Source: Tubiluchus corallicola
Lineage: Eukaryota > Animalia > Priapulida
Direction of reading: 5' to 3'
NCBI GenBank assembly: GCA_030141605.1
Contig: JAQGDQ010000255.1
Span: 119,746 to 183,745, forward strand
DNA length: 64,000 nucleotides
Shown here piece by piece: positions 50,701 to 64,000 of the stretch. The translations under genes and the position numbers were made by a program. Each line of letters starts with the position of its first letter. The first letter of the stretch is position 1. The notes beneath the pieces are model-generated. The model searched no databases, had not been told where the DNA came from, and was given only the letters and a program-made list of their open reading frames with translations.

Positions 50701-53279
50701 GTTACAATCATATCCATCATCGTCGTTTGTCCCGTTACCATTACCATCACAGACATTGTTACTATCACCACTACACCATCACCGCCGCTGGCTGCTGCCG
50801 CCACCAGCAGTACTCTATAATCACCACAATGTTATGATTAAAAGTATTTAAAATTAATAAAACTTCTTTTTATTAACCTACCATTTCTTGAATTTGGTTT
50901 TGGGGCAACAGTTAGACATTTTCGCTCAAACTGTCTACTATGATATATTCTAATCGTAAACAGAACGAATGTTTTAGCATTTACGTGAGCCCTTTCTTTC
51001 TCATGTTTTGAGTCACATAGTTCTCTTTAGAGTAATTTTTGAAAAAAAGTTAGTCATTGAGTAAAAAAGAGTAGTAAATTTATATCAATATACATGTGGC
51101 AAGTGTTGCTAGTTCTTGCCTCGTGACATTAGTAATGACTTACTAATTTCACACGGCAAAAGTTGTGGAGAAGCAATTCAAGCAGCAAAACAACGAGATG
51201 ATACCATCAGGCAGGTGATGTTCCATGACGTGTGATGAGCGTTATGATAAAATCATAGAGATTAAGTCCATTATACTCAGTTTCCGTGTATCACACAAGA
51301 AATCACACATTCTCTGATTCATATCTGATTCTCAACGGGATATGACGCGTGTGTAGAGAGGTCAGGGTACAAGCTGCAACGTATGAGATTTAGGCCTACA
51401 TAGCGAGAGTGAATACTTATGCAAAAAAATAAGTATAGCTATTTAAAAACACGACATACAAATCACAAAGTATTTATAGGCATCGCTGTCTTAAATGGTA
51501 TTTCATTTTAGGCTTTTGCATTTTTTGTCAAGTGTGAGCTGAGATGGGCTACAGGGTATCGTCCCGCCGAACTTAAGTGAAAACTTTGATTTTTTTCGGA
51601 ATGTAGTCGTTAAATTTTCTTACAAGTTTTTTAAAATGCAGTGTATGTAGGACTATTATTTTGTTTCGCTCAATTAATTAACAAATTCAGGGTTGTTGTA
51701 AATTTAGGCCACGAAACTACATAATAAAAGACAACACAGCATCTGTAGCTGATGCTGTAATGCGGCATCCTTTGTCTTCTCAAATACTATCAATGAAACA
51801 GAAGCTTTGAGGAAACCAATGGCATATGGCAGTCTGACACTCCAACCCAGAATTTGCTCTTTAATTGTGTATCGCGGGACCTATTAAGTTATTTAGTAGT
51901 GGGTAGTTGCAGCTACTGGCACAGTTGTGAGCTCAGGGATACGTAATGAGAAAACGAGTGAAGAAAAATTGACTTTGACGCGGTAAAATTTGCGATGTCG
52001 AAATCATTCTTCTCATTAATAATTTAGGCGTTTATCAAATGCATCTGTTTCTCCCCTGGACTCTAAAACAAAGGGCACAAAGTCGGTTCCACTGCGGTCT
52101 TAGTGTAAGTGCATGAAATTACTGCGCAGTTTGATTTCTTGCGTTTTCTTCGACTCTATTCAAGAGAGTCAAATCTCATGCGAAATTAAATTGCTCACTT
52201 AAAATAACTCATGTTCTGTCATACATCTTGTCATTTTGTACTGAATCGAATCCTGATTAATTTTTCTTGCAGAACGGAATACATTTCTATTTTACCACAA
52301 ATAACTCGCACTACGTTTTTGACGTACATTGTATTATAAGCTGACTTAAAACATAATTATATGGGGTATATGGGATAGATACTATTTGTGTTTTTTCACA
52401 TTTATTTTTTCACAAAATTTTAATTAGGAAAAATAGGAATTTTGGTGGGCAAATTTTCGTTTTGCAATTGTAAATCGCTTGGCACTTGATGATACATTTT
52501 AATGTCTGATTAGAAAGGATTAGTTCTCGAGCTGGACTAAAAGCTTGACACTCCTCCAACCTAAATTACTGAAAACGTAACACACTTAAAACAATTAACA
52601 CGAGCCCAAGGCATTAGTTTCAAAAAGGAAGGCATAGAATTTTAACATTGAAGTCACAACAGAAGGCCTTTCTAACCTACACTGCAATTGTTTTTTATAT
52701 TTATACAATATGATTAACTTACTTGTTATCACTTATCGAAAAGCAAAAAATGTTTTACGTCTATTTAATTAAAAAAGCAAGCGTTACTCACAAGTTTAAA
52801 GGCTTGTGCTAAAAACCGAAATATTCTAAAGCATACTGTACAATGTGAAAGTTAATACCACAATGACAATGACGTCACCGACAACAAAACGAAACAACAA
52901 CATCAACAGCAGCGATGGCGGCGATGATGACAACGACGACGATGACAACAACAGCAGCAGCAACAACAATACCAATGAAAACATTTCAAGAGCCGATGTT
53001 TTTCAGTCGCTTCCATTGTATTTGATATGTTTGGGGTTTGCAAAGCTGTTGTGATTTTCAATCGGTCCATAAGCGTGAAGCCAGCACACAACACAAGCAG
53101 TAGAAGCAGCTTATTACACATATTCTTATCAACACAGCTGACATTTAACAACCAAACAACACTGGTCCACAACTCAGCACCTGCATTTACAACAAACACT
53201 GACGACTTACTGACATGAGTGTTGACATAAATATTATTGTCAAATATTGTTAACATTAGTCAGGCAGGCTCTAATGACC

Positions 53280-53350
53280 CGTTCACACGAAGGCAAACAT
53301 GACTTCATTCGTTCACACAAAGACAAACATGACTTCAGTCGTTCACACGC
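53280..53350. repeat. 30-bp tandem repeat, ~2.3 copies (CGTTCACAC.AAG.CAAACATGACTTCA.T)
   Basis: Directly visible. Confidence 0.8.
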
Positions 53351-53404
53351 AAATTTATCACTTCTAGATAAAATTTCTGTAACACAAGAGGGAAAACGTT
53401 AGCT

Positions 53405-56371
53405 ACCCTGTGGGATTTTAGTAAATTTTATTGTTATACATTTAAAGCACAACTTCGTACATATACAGGAAAATATACAAAACAACAAACAACAAATAAT
53501 AGAGTGAGCATACAGACAAATCGGTAATATTTTTCATAAACTATAGGAAAACGAAAACCTATGAAAAGATTATACCGAGAATCTTAAGCTAAGAACGCAA
53601 TCTAAAAAATCTTGGCGCCTAATTAATAACAGAAATAAACTACCCAAGCCACATAAGCAAAAACCAACGGTTCACATAATATACTTCTTTTTACATAAAA
53701 CAAAGTTTTATATATTAGAATCTGATAGCACTATTATTAGCAGCACACCGAACAAAATAATTGACATTTTTATATTACAATAATTACATAATATATAGTA
53801 TTTAAAATGTGTGCTGTTATCTCAGACGAAAATGAAACAAAACAAAAACAATGTTCTCAAAAATGAAGGTAACTAGTAATTACATCACTGACTTAGTTTT
53901 ATTGTAATTAGAAAATGGCTTGGCCTTCCTTCTAATCTCTTAAGCTTAAAATCAGAATTTACTAAGAACAGTAAACGACTGCAGAAATAGGTAAGAAACA
54001 GTGCATGCACCGATTAAGAATGCTAACAAAAATACATTATTTAAGCAAAACTAATGAAACTATAACGTGGATATCGACTCGTATTTCTTTGTAAATAACA
54101 TACAAAAATCGCCAATTTGTACGTATAAGTCGTAAACGAAACTATTCTCATTTACAATCACTTGTACATAGATTATGGCATGTACTTTAAATGATTTAGG
54201 ATTTCAATTTTATAAGCAAATATTAATATAAATATATACATGTCAGATGTCACACAAGTGCTATAAAAATGACTTACACTGAAACTGTCAAAAACAGAAC
54301 AAAACATATAATTCAGTAACTTAGCAAATCAGATGAGAACTTGCCTTTAAAAAGTAGTGGCAAAACTAGTTCTCTATAAAAAAGTCCTCTCACATTATGA
54401 TAATATGCTAGTATAGAAGTGCAAGAAGCAATTAGCCAAAAAGGTAAAGTTTTGATATATTTCATTAATGTGAAAACTCTTAGAATAGTACAAAAAAACT
54501 TACAAACCGTCTATACCTAACTGGACAATGGGCCATGTACTCCAAAATTTAATGCTGTTTAGCTGCACAGTGACGATTAAAAGCCTTAAAGTTGCCATTT
54601 TCTAAAGTATATTAATAATTTTTGCATAACTTTTGTTTTTGAAGTTTGTAAACTGATCTGCTGTCTATCATGTTAACCCGGGCAGGTGACATGATGTTTT
54701 ACACATTGTATCTTTAAGAGCAGTTGCAAGAAAATCACTTAACAGACCAGACAGTTGCACTTACAGGCACTGGATTTCTCATCTTGGTGCATATTATACT
54801 CAGGTATGGCTGCTATGGGCTTCATTGAATAAAAGGTCCTTATGGTACGCCATATAAAATCTATTTCTTGCACCTCAGAGAATTCGCATGAAAGAGTTAT
54901 CTATATACCTGTGCATGCATGCATAGACAGGAAGTGGATATCTAAATGTAAGCTATTCCCAGGAGTACAATTCTACCTACACCGTTCTGGAAAAATGCTA
55001 TTCTCTGACTAAGTGAAAATGCATTATGTTCAAATGCATAAATCGGAGTTGTCATAGCAACGTGATGCAGGCATGTCCATTACGCCCATTACAACGTTGG
55101 CGTTTAGAAAGCTTTCAGGGTTGCTAATGGATACCAAAAACTGCATTATTGGCTGGCTTCACGTGCGTAGAGACTCGTCTCTCCCAGGTAGCTACGTTAG
55201 CGGCTTCATAAAATCAGAGCCGGCGTGTGGAAAGTGTTAAAACGCAACGTATTTTCTCATTAACCGCTTCGTTCACGTCTTATAAGGATGATCGAAAGAC
55301 TCGGCTAGCACAGTTTACATGAATTTATAATACCAAATCACGTGACGTATTAGCACAGTTTTTCTCTGAACGTCAAAAAAGATTGTCTGTGAAGAAAACC
55401 ACATGAGTTTGACAGGTCGTAGCTTCCCCAAAGTACGTGAAGCTGGCGACTCAAACTATAGGTGGAATAAGTTTTAAATGTTCATCCAAAAAGGCATACT
55501 TTATTTCAAAGCACATACAACCTCAAAATGTAGCCACTTATTAGAGATAACCTGACTTTAGGCTTAAAAAGGCTATCTAAAACAATGAGGTATAAAACTG
55601 GTCAACTTTTAGGCCCACTGGCGCCCTCTTGGCGCTACTGTCATCACTTATAACGCCATCTACGTTTTAAAACTGGAACAGCGATTATTCGAAAAGCTTT
55701 TCGTTTTTAGTTAAGCTTATTTAGGTATATACTTTGCATTATTTCCAAACAACTGCTTCAAGCCATTCACTTGCTCAAAATTTGAAGAAAAATTTTAGTA
55801 CTAAGCAGACTAGTAAGCCAGTATCATCAGCGCACATGTAGTGATTATTGACCAGGTTTTTGGTTTAGCCAGGACTGACTGCCTCTAGGTAGACAGATGG
55901 TTGAAATGTTTGCAAAATATTTTTTTTATTTTCGTTTGCTTATAGAAAAGCATGCATTGATATAGTGTGCTGTCATGAGCATAAAGTACGTGACGTTTTC
56001 TTCTGGCACATATCACAAAAAATGATCTCTGTTGTGTACAGTATACTGTATATGCAGGGGTAGTGGCTGAGGAAGAGAGACTGTTGCATAGTTTCTATCG
56101 CAGGACTAGAGGCATTTGGGAATGCATGAAGTGACCGAAGTGTTGCTACTATTCTGTAAATGTGAATGCAGCTTTAATAATTTCTTTTACTTTTCTCGGT
56201 GTCATTTAACTAGACAACGCTTCTGAAAGTACCTGTGCTGACTTTCAAAGTGCCAAAGAAAAAACATCACAAGAGACTTACACGTGCATTAAATAGGTGT
56301 GGTACAAAAGTACAAACTATTACATGTATACCACAGTAGTTTTCAAGGTAACAGAGTGTCCAAACTTTCTA
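53405..56371 (-). other. Possible long SCAPER 3'UTR
   Basis: Lies downstream of the SCAPER stop and is U/UG-rich on the minus strand, with minus-strand AATAAA at 53427-53432 and more proximal candidates. Extent uncertain. Confidence 0.35.
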
Positions 56372-56463
56372 TCAGGAACCAGAAAAGAATGATTTGGCAT
56401 CGCTCCATTTGCAAGTTGGAAATCGAATAGGAAGTGCCATTCTTTGGTCAACTACTTCTTTTT
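56372..56463 (-). CDS. SCAPER: SCAPER (S-phase cyclin A-associated protein in the ER), last coding exon; upstream exons not identified in this window
   Basis: Strong acceptor TTTTTTCTTTCAG, then xKEVVDQRMALPIRFPTCKWSDAKSFFSGS*. This matches the recalled human SCAPER C-terminus DYLELANRFPQQAWEEARQFF (L-x-x-RFP-x-x-x-W-x-x-A-x-x-FF), and the tail-to-tail position relative to Islet is as expected. Confidence 0.85.
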
Positions 56464-57102
56464 CTGAAAGAAAAAACATTTACCTTTGAAACACAGTTTG
56501 TCATGACTGTCAGCAGAACTAAATCAAAATAACAAATTACTACTCACTAACATGCTGTAGTGCTCGTTTCAATAGAGTGTATTTTATAGTTCTAAAAATA
56601 GTTTTAGAATTAATAAGTGAAGAAAAACGAGCTTCATATACACGTTATTATCTTGTTCAAAATGGAAGCTATCAGAATGATAACTCATTTAAACGTCATT
56701 TATAAATCTGGCTGATGCTGGTAAAAAAGGAAGATACAGATATAGGAGACGACTGCAATGATGAGTGATGATGGTTTTGATGCGTCATGTAAAGGAAAAC
56801 CAGTAAATATTTTACCATGTCTTCTGATAAGCTTTGTATGCAGACGACCCCAGATTTGGCTATTATTCAAATTAATGTAGAGCAATGGACTAAATGTGTT
56901 CACTCAGGAATTGTTCATATGGAGCCATTTTGGACATCTCAGCTATGTAACACGTTTTCACAATTCATTCAATCTGGATTGCATGTTTCTCTCATTATTA
57001 TTAGACGGTTTGGCAATAATTAAGCAGCGCTGAGTCTAATAAGAAAATGGATGTGCTATCACAAGAGATTTTGCATTTGGGCTGATTTGCTTGCCATACC
57101 AC

Positions 57103-57464
57103 CAGGAATGGATTAGTATAGGTAGCAGCCTAGGGCCCCCTCAAGCTTTGATAATGTTTGGTAAAACACTGTTTTTCACTACTATTATGTTGACATATGT
57201 GCTAATTTGGTTTTCAATAAATAGTAAAATAGTGGCATTTCTTACAGAACATTTTAAATTTTTTATTGACAAACAAAAGTTAACTATTCTAGTTTATTTA
57301 AAGAACTTGCTAGAAGTTTACTTCAAGCTATGTAAATGTCGGGAAGATATATCGCGCGTAAAAAGATTGAAGATAGGTGAGGGCGAGTTAGAGGGTGGCT
57401 CCGTATGAGGATGCAGCACAATTTTATTAACCTAGGGCCCTCAAAAGGTCATAATCCGATCCAG
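57103..57464. mobile_element. Non-autonomous hAT-like element in the SCAPER last intron
   Basis: Imperfect TIRs CAGGAATGGATTA / TAATCCGATCCAG, subterminal CCTAGGGCCC at both ends, and an 8-bp TSD CATACCAC / CGTACCAC (7/8). Confidence 0.7.
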
Positions 57465-59338
57465 CGTACCACTCTCGACTGTTTACAGAACCTTGTTAAC
57501 GTACATGCCGAACATGCCAATACACTTCTCCAGTCCCATCCAGTCGGTCGATCCAGTGTCATTGTTTGTTAAGTAGGTACCGGTCTCACTACAATCATTC
57601 TATATTAGCAATAGGTACTGTCGTTGAGTATCAGAGTCTAATTTGGACGCTGTAAAACGAAACTTATAGATCTATCACATTTGACGTTGTCCCAGCCAGT
57701 GATGCTGGTATGCGTAGTGATTTTTGGTTTCCTTAGTAAGAAAGTGATAGCCAGTTTACATGACCTCCAGGCAGTTAATCAAAATGTTTAATGGTGATGA
57801 ATAGGCGCTACTTATTTTCCAATATAGTTGGTGATGAAGTCATGAAGATACTAGATAGCCAATGTAGAAACCTGAAACCTCAACGTACTAAATGATTCAT
57901 TTAAACCTCTGATGCCACTTTTAATCCGTTCCCGTGACCTGGTCTTCCTAATAACAGTTCTTTCTCTGTTCCTAATAGCATCAGTTCATGCAAAGGCAGC
58001 AGGTTACCTACGCACAGTTGCTGTAAACATTATCATTGAATATAATTATCAGCTATTAGGTGCATTGTCTCTTTAGATCAAGCTTAACCTGGATTGTCAG
58101 CAGGCTCGCGCGGTGCACGTGTGCCCCTATCAACAGCATCAAAGCCAACAAGACTGGCCTTTTATTAATTGCTGCAATTTGAACACGCACGCGTCTTTAT
58201 TATTCCATAAAACATTCGACTACGAGGTAGAGGCATTGTGTTGTGCTTGTATGCAAAAACAAGAAGGGAAAACCCGAAATTATGTTACATGTTGAATATA
58301 AATTCATATTTAATTGCACGCTAAGAACTCTGAAAGTGGCAGGGAGTGGCGGGTTAACTTAGAACCCGTCGAAAGTCAAGTATACTGAGAGTATACCGGT
58401 TATTCTGCAACTCAGAAAAAATAATCAGAGCATTCGTAGCACACGCCTCACTAACTAATCAAAAGTACAAATTAATATATCTTGTCAATAAGATATATAA
58501 TACCTTTTTTAGTGAGTCAGTGGTGCACACTGGGACGGTGAGCCCAGTCACATTTTAGCAGTTGCCGCAAACACTTTAAGTTACAAAAGAATTTTTTTTC
58601 TAGTTATATAAGTCAAGCAATAAGCATAATGCTAAGTAATTTAACTTTGTCTGGAAGTTTTTAGGCACATACTTTAAAATTGCCTTTTCTTCCCCTTTAA
58701 CTAATGACAGGATTCAGCGCGCGGCAATTAATTTAGTACGGACTTGACTTAGTACTGAGAAAAGAACAGTGACACATCAAAAAAGTGTGCAAATCAAAGC
58801 AAAATTAGTTGATTTTTTGTCTTAGAGGCAGCAAATTTAGAAACCAATTACAGGAACCCACTTCCTCGCTCGCCTAGCATAAACATTTCGTGATCTCGAA
58901 GTATCAATAACATGTCAAACCATTGCAGCCAAGTGCACAGGACATTGCATCTCGCTGCCTAATTTCCTGTCATCTTGTGTAGCATGTCTTTTCTCACCTG
59001 TCTTCATACACATCAGATTTTCTCACCTGTAGATTGCACGCGGTTGCTTTTATCTACGTAATTATCATTGTCACGTATGTGAGCAGGTATTACAGGATAC
59101 GATTTCACCTTGCGGTATCATTTGTTTGATTAAGTCTCATTTACACCTAGAGACACAAACCTGCAGGTATAGTGTGTCTTTTACCTTCGAGTAATGCTAT
59201 AAAAGTAAGGATGCACAGGTGTAGGCCTACTGACTACTAATGGCGTATTCAAAGTGACAAAAGTTCAATAGTTCCATTTGGTAACTTAGTTGCAATATAC
59301 ATTTCATTACTGGTTGAACTTATAAATGCAATTGGTTG

Positions 59339-59535
59339 TCCATCCATCCATCCATCCATCCATCCATCCATCCATCCATCCATCCATCCATCCATCCATC
59401 CATCCATCCATCCATCCATCCAATCATCCACCCATCCATCCATCCATCCATCCATCCATCCATCCATCCATCCATCCATCCATCCATCCATCCACCTATT
59501 CATTCTTTCATTCAATCATTCATTCACCCATTCAT
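59339..59535. repeat. (TCCA)n/(TTCA)n microsatellite
   Basis: Directly visible. Confidence 0.97.
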
Positions 59536-61208
59536 TGTAATAAATAACTGTTTCTTTCATTTTCAAAATACCTTTTGTTTGCTTGCTGTTTTTCCTTGTT
59601 ACTGTTTTAGTTAACATACTTAACTCTATTTATCTACTCTCTAAAATTTCTTTCTTTCTGCCCTTCTCTGATTAATTGTTCTTATGTAAACGTGTTATTG
59701 AACTTCTAGGATTTTTTTATTACATTTATTATTTACCCTAATTAAATTATTTAGTCTTCTGACAAGGAAACGCAAAAGCATCAGGACAAAACCGCTGCAG
59801 TGTTTTAACTCAACAAGTTTCTTTTTAAGAGACATTTGAGTCAAGCTACATACTTTTGGAACTAAGCGTGGTTTCACAAAGTCTAATACCTAGACAGCTG
59901 AGTGCCGGATGGCTTGCGCGGGACATGTTAAACAATTTTGTATCAATGGCAGTGACCTATTTCGAAGCAACTCCTAATGCAAACTGAAGATGTCTCGGGT
60001 ATTAAATAGGTGAAGAAAATGCTGATCACATTTTTTGTCACCTGTAAGACACGCAGGTTTATCAATAATGCGTTCACTTTCTACAGGTTGCGTGTCTCGG
60101 CTTGTGTTTGCAACCATCAACAATCTTTGTCACGAAATAGAGGCGACGATGCGACATCGGGTAGGTCGCGCTCCCTATTACGGCTTTTACGGGTGCAAGA
60201 CAAAGAAAGTATTTGATCTGTCAACATCGTAGCTGTTGCGAGAATCGTCTGTCAACATCACAGTCACTGCCGAATTCTACCTGTCGTAATTGAACGTGGC
60301 ACGTAAAGGTTGTTGATAGGTGTGAAAGACAAAACGATGATATGCACGATATTGTTTAGCGAGAAAGATGTAAAGATAGAATGCGTTTAGAAAACATGAA
60401 GTTGTTTTCATGAGGAGGAGTGCAAATATTGATTGAAAACGTGAAATATGGTCTTAAATTCCGTACAGAAAAGCAAATAGCAAAGAGAAAAACACTTGGC
60501 CAAGTTTGAGTAAAAAAAATCAATGACTGTTGTTTCACTAGAATCGACAAATAACTTAAAAAATTTTAGGGTGATATAAAAAATAACGAACTTGCTTCAA
60601 GAACCTCGCATATAAAAATTTCACTCCATCGGCAAATGTAAAGTTTTCCTGCGTTGCTAATACATTGTACACAAGTGTTTATTTTTCCTGTTTAATGAAT
60701 GGACTAGTTGCTAAAGACCACTGCAGGATAGGATCACAGAGCTCTTATAAGAACATATTGAGCCATGAAGTTTATTACGTGTTCCCGGGACTTCTTCACT
60801 TCAACATTTTCTATTAGGAGCCTAGATAGAGCATCATTCCTACTTCAAAAATGTTTGTGTGTAGTTTGGTTAGATACCTATAGAATTAATAAAAGAGCTT
60901 TCACTGGTAGCTCTTGCTCATTCAGAAGAAGCATTCATTTAAAGTTTTATGAAGCTTAATTACCAATATTCAGGCTACTGGAGAAAGAGAAACCAGCGCA
61001 GGTGTGCTTGGCCTACCTGTATTGATACACCTGATCTCATGAAGCGGTTCGTTTATGCAAATTTGCATGGTATTTATGCAGCGGACAATATCCCCATGAT
61101 TGTCCGGACAATTTACATAATTGCATCTAATGATATTCAATGTCGTAGGAGCTATCCAGTCCACGTCTCATTGAAGCCAATGACAGGGTTATTTTCTCTT
61201 GTCTAGAA

Positions 61209-61209
<1 letters not shown>

Positions 61210-61260
<51 letters not shown>

Positions 61261-61284
61261 GTATATATATATATGTACGTATAT
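61210..61284. repeat. (TA)n microsatellite
   Basis: Directly visible. Confidence 0.95.
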
Positions 61285-64000
61285 ACAGAGTGGTCAACAG
61301 GTCAGAAGACAGGTCAGTACTTTTTAAACGACAATTGCAGTTTTTACCATCAAGTAGGAATCAAAGTTCTAGAAAGACTAGCATGAGGGTGAGGAAGAGA
61401 AAGCTCTAGAAATATCTGTGAAATGTGGCAAAACCATAGCAATTTGGCAAAAAAATTTTGCAGCTTCCGAGGGTGACAGGTTTTGATAGGTACTTAGCGC
61501 TTCAAGATCTTAGAAGAGTCATCCAGTGTAAGTATTCAATTTTGACACTTTCTGTATTCATGTGGTTTTAACGGCAGGGCCAATATGACTAAAACAAAAA
61601 TAGAGTCAGAACTGCTTATTCTGTAACATAAATAAATAATGTAGGGCATAATACCTACATAAGTACTTTAATGTGTGCTTTTCATTTGTAGACTACTACG
61701 CAACTTGGACACTTTGCAAAAAATTAACTGTGCGCAAAATATATAACAGCAACATACCGTCTCTATAATGCTTCCTGTTACAAAAATGTTAGGAAAACGA
61801 AAAGGTTCGTTGATATTAACAAAGACGCAAAGAAACCGCGAACTATCAATAGGTTTACATTGACCTATACAATATTATATTGAACTTGGCTGGTTAGATA
61901 AGAGACAATCAATTTTCTCACACCACATCTTGACACAGAGGTCATCTTTTTCAGGGCGGCTTCACATAAAGGGGTTTCATTTACAACTTGCGCACCTGGT
62001 TAAGGATTAACGATCTCAAAGAATAATAGTGAGACATTTCAAACGGTAACTTCACATTTGATGGTTTATAGAAACATTTTGACAAGCACACTTCCCCACG
62101 GAGGCACGGACACGATTCTTAAAAAACCTCCCTTTCTTGGAGCCCTTTGTGACAACAAAACATGCGACAACTTTATCTCTGATTTGTCAACAACTTTACA
62201 AGCGCTTCAACAATCATTACCTGTTTTTTGGACGAGCGCCTGGGCGAACGCCAGCCACATTTTAGCTAAATTACTATTATGTCTTACTCAATTATGCGTG
62301 ATTAGGTAAGCTGACACAATAATATGACAATACCAGGACGTGAGGGCTCTACAGCAGACGCGCGCATTTTGATAATGGGCGCACTTCAAGATGAGACCAC
62401 GTGTTGCATTCAGCCTCTGATTCAGCGCACCTAACATCAATGGTGTGGCGAACAAAAGAAGACAATGTCTTTGGTTTATTTACAGAATGAAAACAAACAT
62501 TGGGAACCCAGATATTAATTCGCCCGCAATCTGGGTGTTGGGCTGAATAGGGTGGCCTGTGAATGCCTGGTTAATCAAAAAAAGATTCACAATGCGAAGA
62601 AGATCGAATCTTCCAGTTGAGCAAATGAATTATTTTGCTACGTCATCAAGTTGCCTAATTGTTATAGTTGGAGTTTATAATCTAAAATCTCCAGTACACA
62701 GAATGGAGTACTATAGTCTACACTGAGAGTTAAATGAGATTGATCGATTTCAAAAAAGATTTGATAGAAATGGCAGACGAATTAATTATTTATAATCTTC
62801 ATTTCAAGAAACATGGCAATTATTAAATTTTTTAATAAAAAACGTAAGAAAGCAGGATGTGGAAATCTAAGAATTGAGACTCGATTTAAATTAGTGATCA
62901 AAATTTGATAATAGAGAGTTTATTCCAACGTCTTATAACAAAAGGATTTTAATGTCCCTTAGGGAGTAAAATGATAGTAAGGAATGTACAAATCAAATGG
63001 TTATCCTGCAGACAAATAGTAAAGAGCGTCAAGAAATAAATGCTTCATACACGTATGGAAAGGAAGAGATAAAACAACATCAAAGAGCATTTAATGCTGA
63101 ATAGAGAACACTTATTTTAATATGTGGTACTGGGGTCATTCACAGTTCAATTTACCACTAACAGACAGAGGTGCGCTTAACGTTGGTTTCTCAAGTAGAC
63201 TGGGATCATGAGATGAAAATTTACAAACAAAGTAGGTCATCGTTTTGCGACTAGTATATGATTATTGTACGTCATTACCCGTTTATAATTCTACGTAATA
63301 CACAACTGTACAGAAAAATGGCGCTTGTCCTTGTTATAGCAGCAATTACATGAAACTGTGCATGAATTAGGCAATGGCACAGAAAAGGCTAGAAAATATC
63401 GATGTGTCATCATTGTTTCACGCTGAACGGAAGCAGCTCACATTATTATGAATATGCGCATTCAGCTATTGTTTTGCTGCTTGACGAATCAATACATAAG
63501 CGTCACACAACTCATAGATTTATCCATATGTGTGAGCATAGCCTTTAGTCATTGGCTTGGCACATTGATAATCTATAATGTTCTCTTATATGCAAAGTGA
63601 ACAGGGATTCGCACGACGTTGGCATTTATTTTATTCTTGCCAGGCGCATGCGTGTAACGAGCAGTTCCTGTAGATGCGATTCTGGAAACGTCTGCTGAAC
63701 TTACACCTAAAAGTTCTTGGGGTAACTGATGTGCTTACATTTTCTGAATTTAATCATTTTTTGTAATGTTCTTGCTCAAGCGCTTATCTTTGTGTCTTCA
63801 TTTTTCGTTTGTTTATTAGTTCATTCGTCAGTTTTTTTTCATTTGTTTATCTACTTGCCTACTCATTCCTTTAATTTATTCATAAAATAAAAAACGAGTT
63901 TCTACAGCCCATTTCGCTTCTTTTTGTTTGTTTCTTTGTTTGTTTTTTTCATTTACTCACTTGACTTTCATTTGTTAGAACATTCTTTTTGCCTTCCTAG

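Noticed and set aside
50313-50820. Long poly-Ser / poly-Leu / poly-Val ORFs
   Set aside because: Translations of a (CTA)n microsatellite.
56815-56862. Possible penultimate SCAPER exon (QIWGRLHTKLIRRH)
   Set aside because: Donor phase fits, but the acceptor is weak and there is no resemblance to SCAPER. A second candidate near 59854-59890 is also unsupported.
59249-59614. HPSI / WMDG repeat ORFs (similar cases at 32501, 36242, 38666)
   Set aside because: (TCCA)n/(TTCA)n microsatellites.
61284-61560. Tc1/mariner element starting TA-CAGAGTGGTC
   Set aside because: Only one putative end was seen, with no matching TIR and no transposase frame.

Overview
AT-rich, microsatellite-rich genomic DNA from an intron-conserving invertebrate bilaterian (probably spiralian; that assignment is inference). 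Three genes could be spliced by hand with canonical GT-AG junctions. (1) The 5' five coding exons of a nuclear lamin lie on the minus strand (ATG 9897) and the gene runs off the left edge. (2) A complete six-exon Islet LIM-homeobox gene lies on the plus strand (11881-30957, 367 aa), head-to-head with lamin about 2 kb away. (3) The last coding exon of SCAPER lies on the minus strand (56372-56463), convergent with Islet, matching the ancient Islet-SCAPER regulatory block. Most other ORF-track entries are microsatellite or chance ORFs. The most unusual non-coding structures are a 27 x 32-bp tandem array whose minus strand carries 21 perfect let-7 8mer sites plus 3' pairing (possible miRNA-sponge architecture, or chance), a palindromic Penelope-like pair containing a U3-A8 variant minimal hammerhead motif, a foldback with ~345-bp arms in Islet intron 2, a diverged ~600-bp duplication bracketing lamin exon 1, and a candidate cassette exon in Islet intron 5. 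No searches or folding programs were run.
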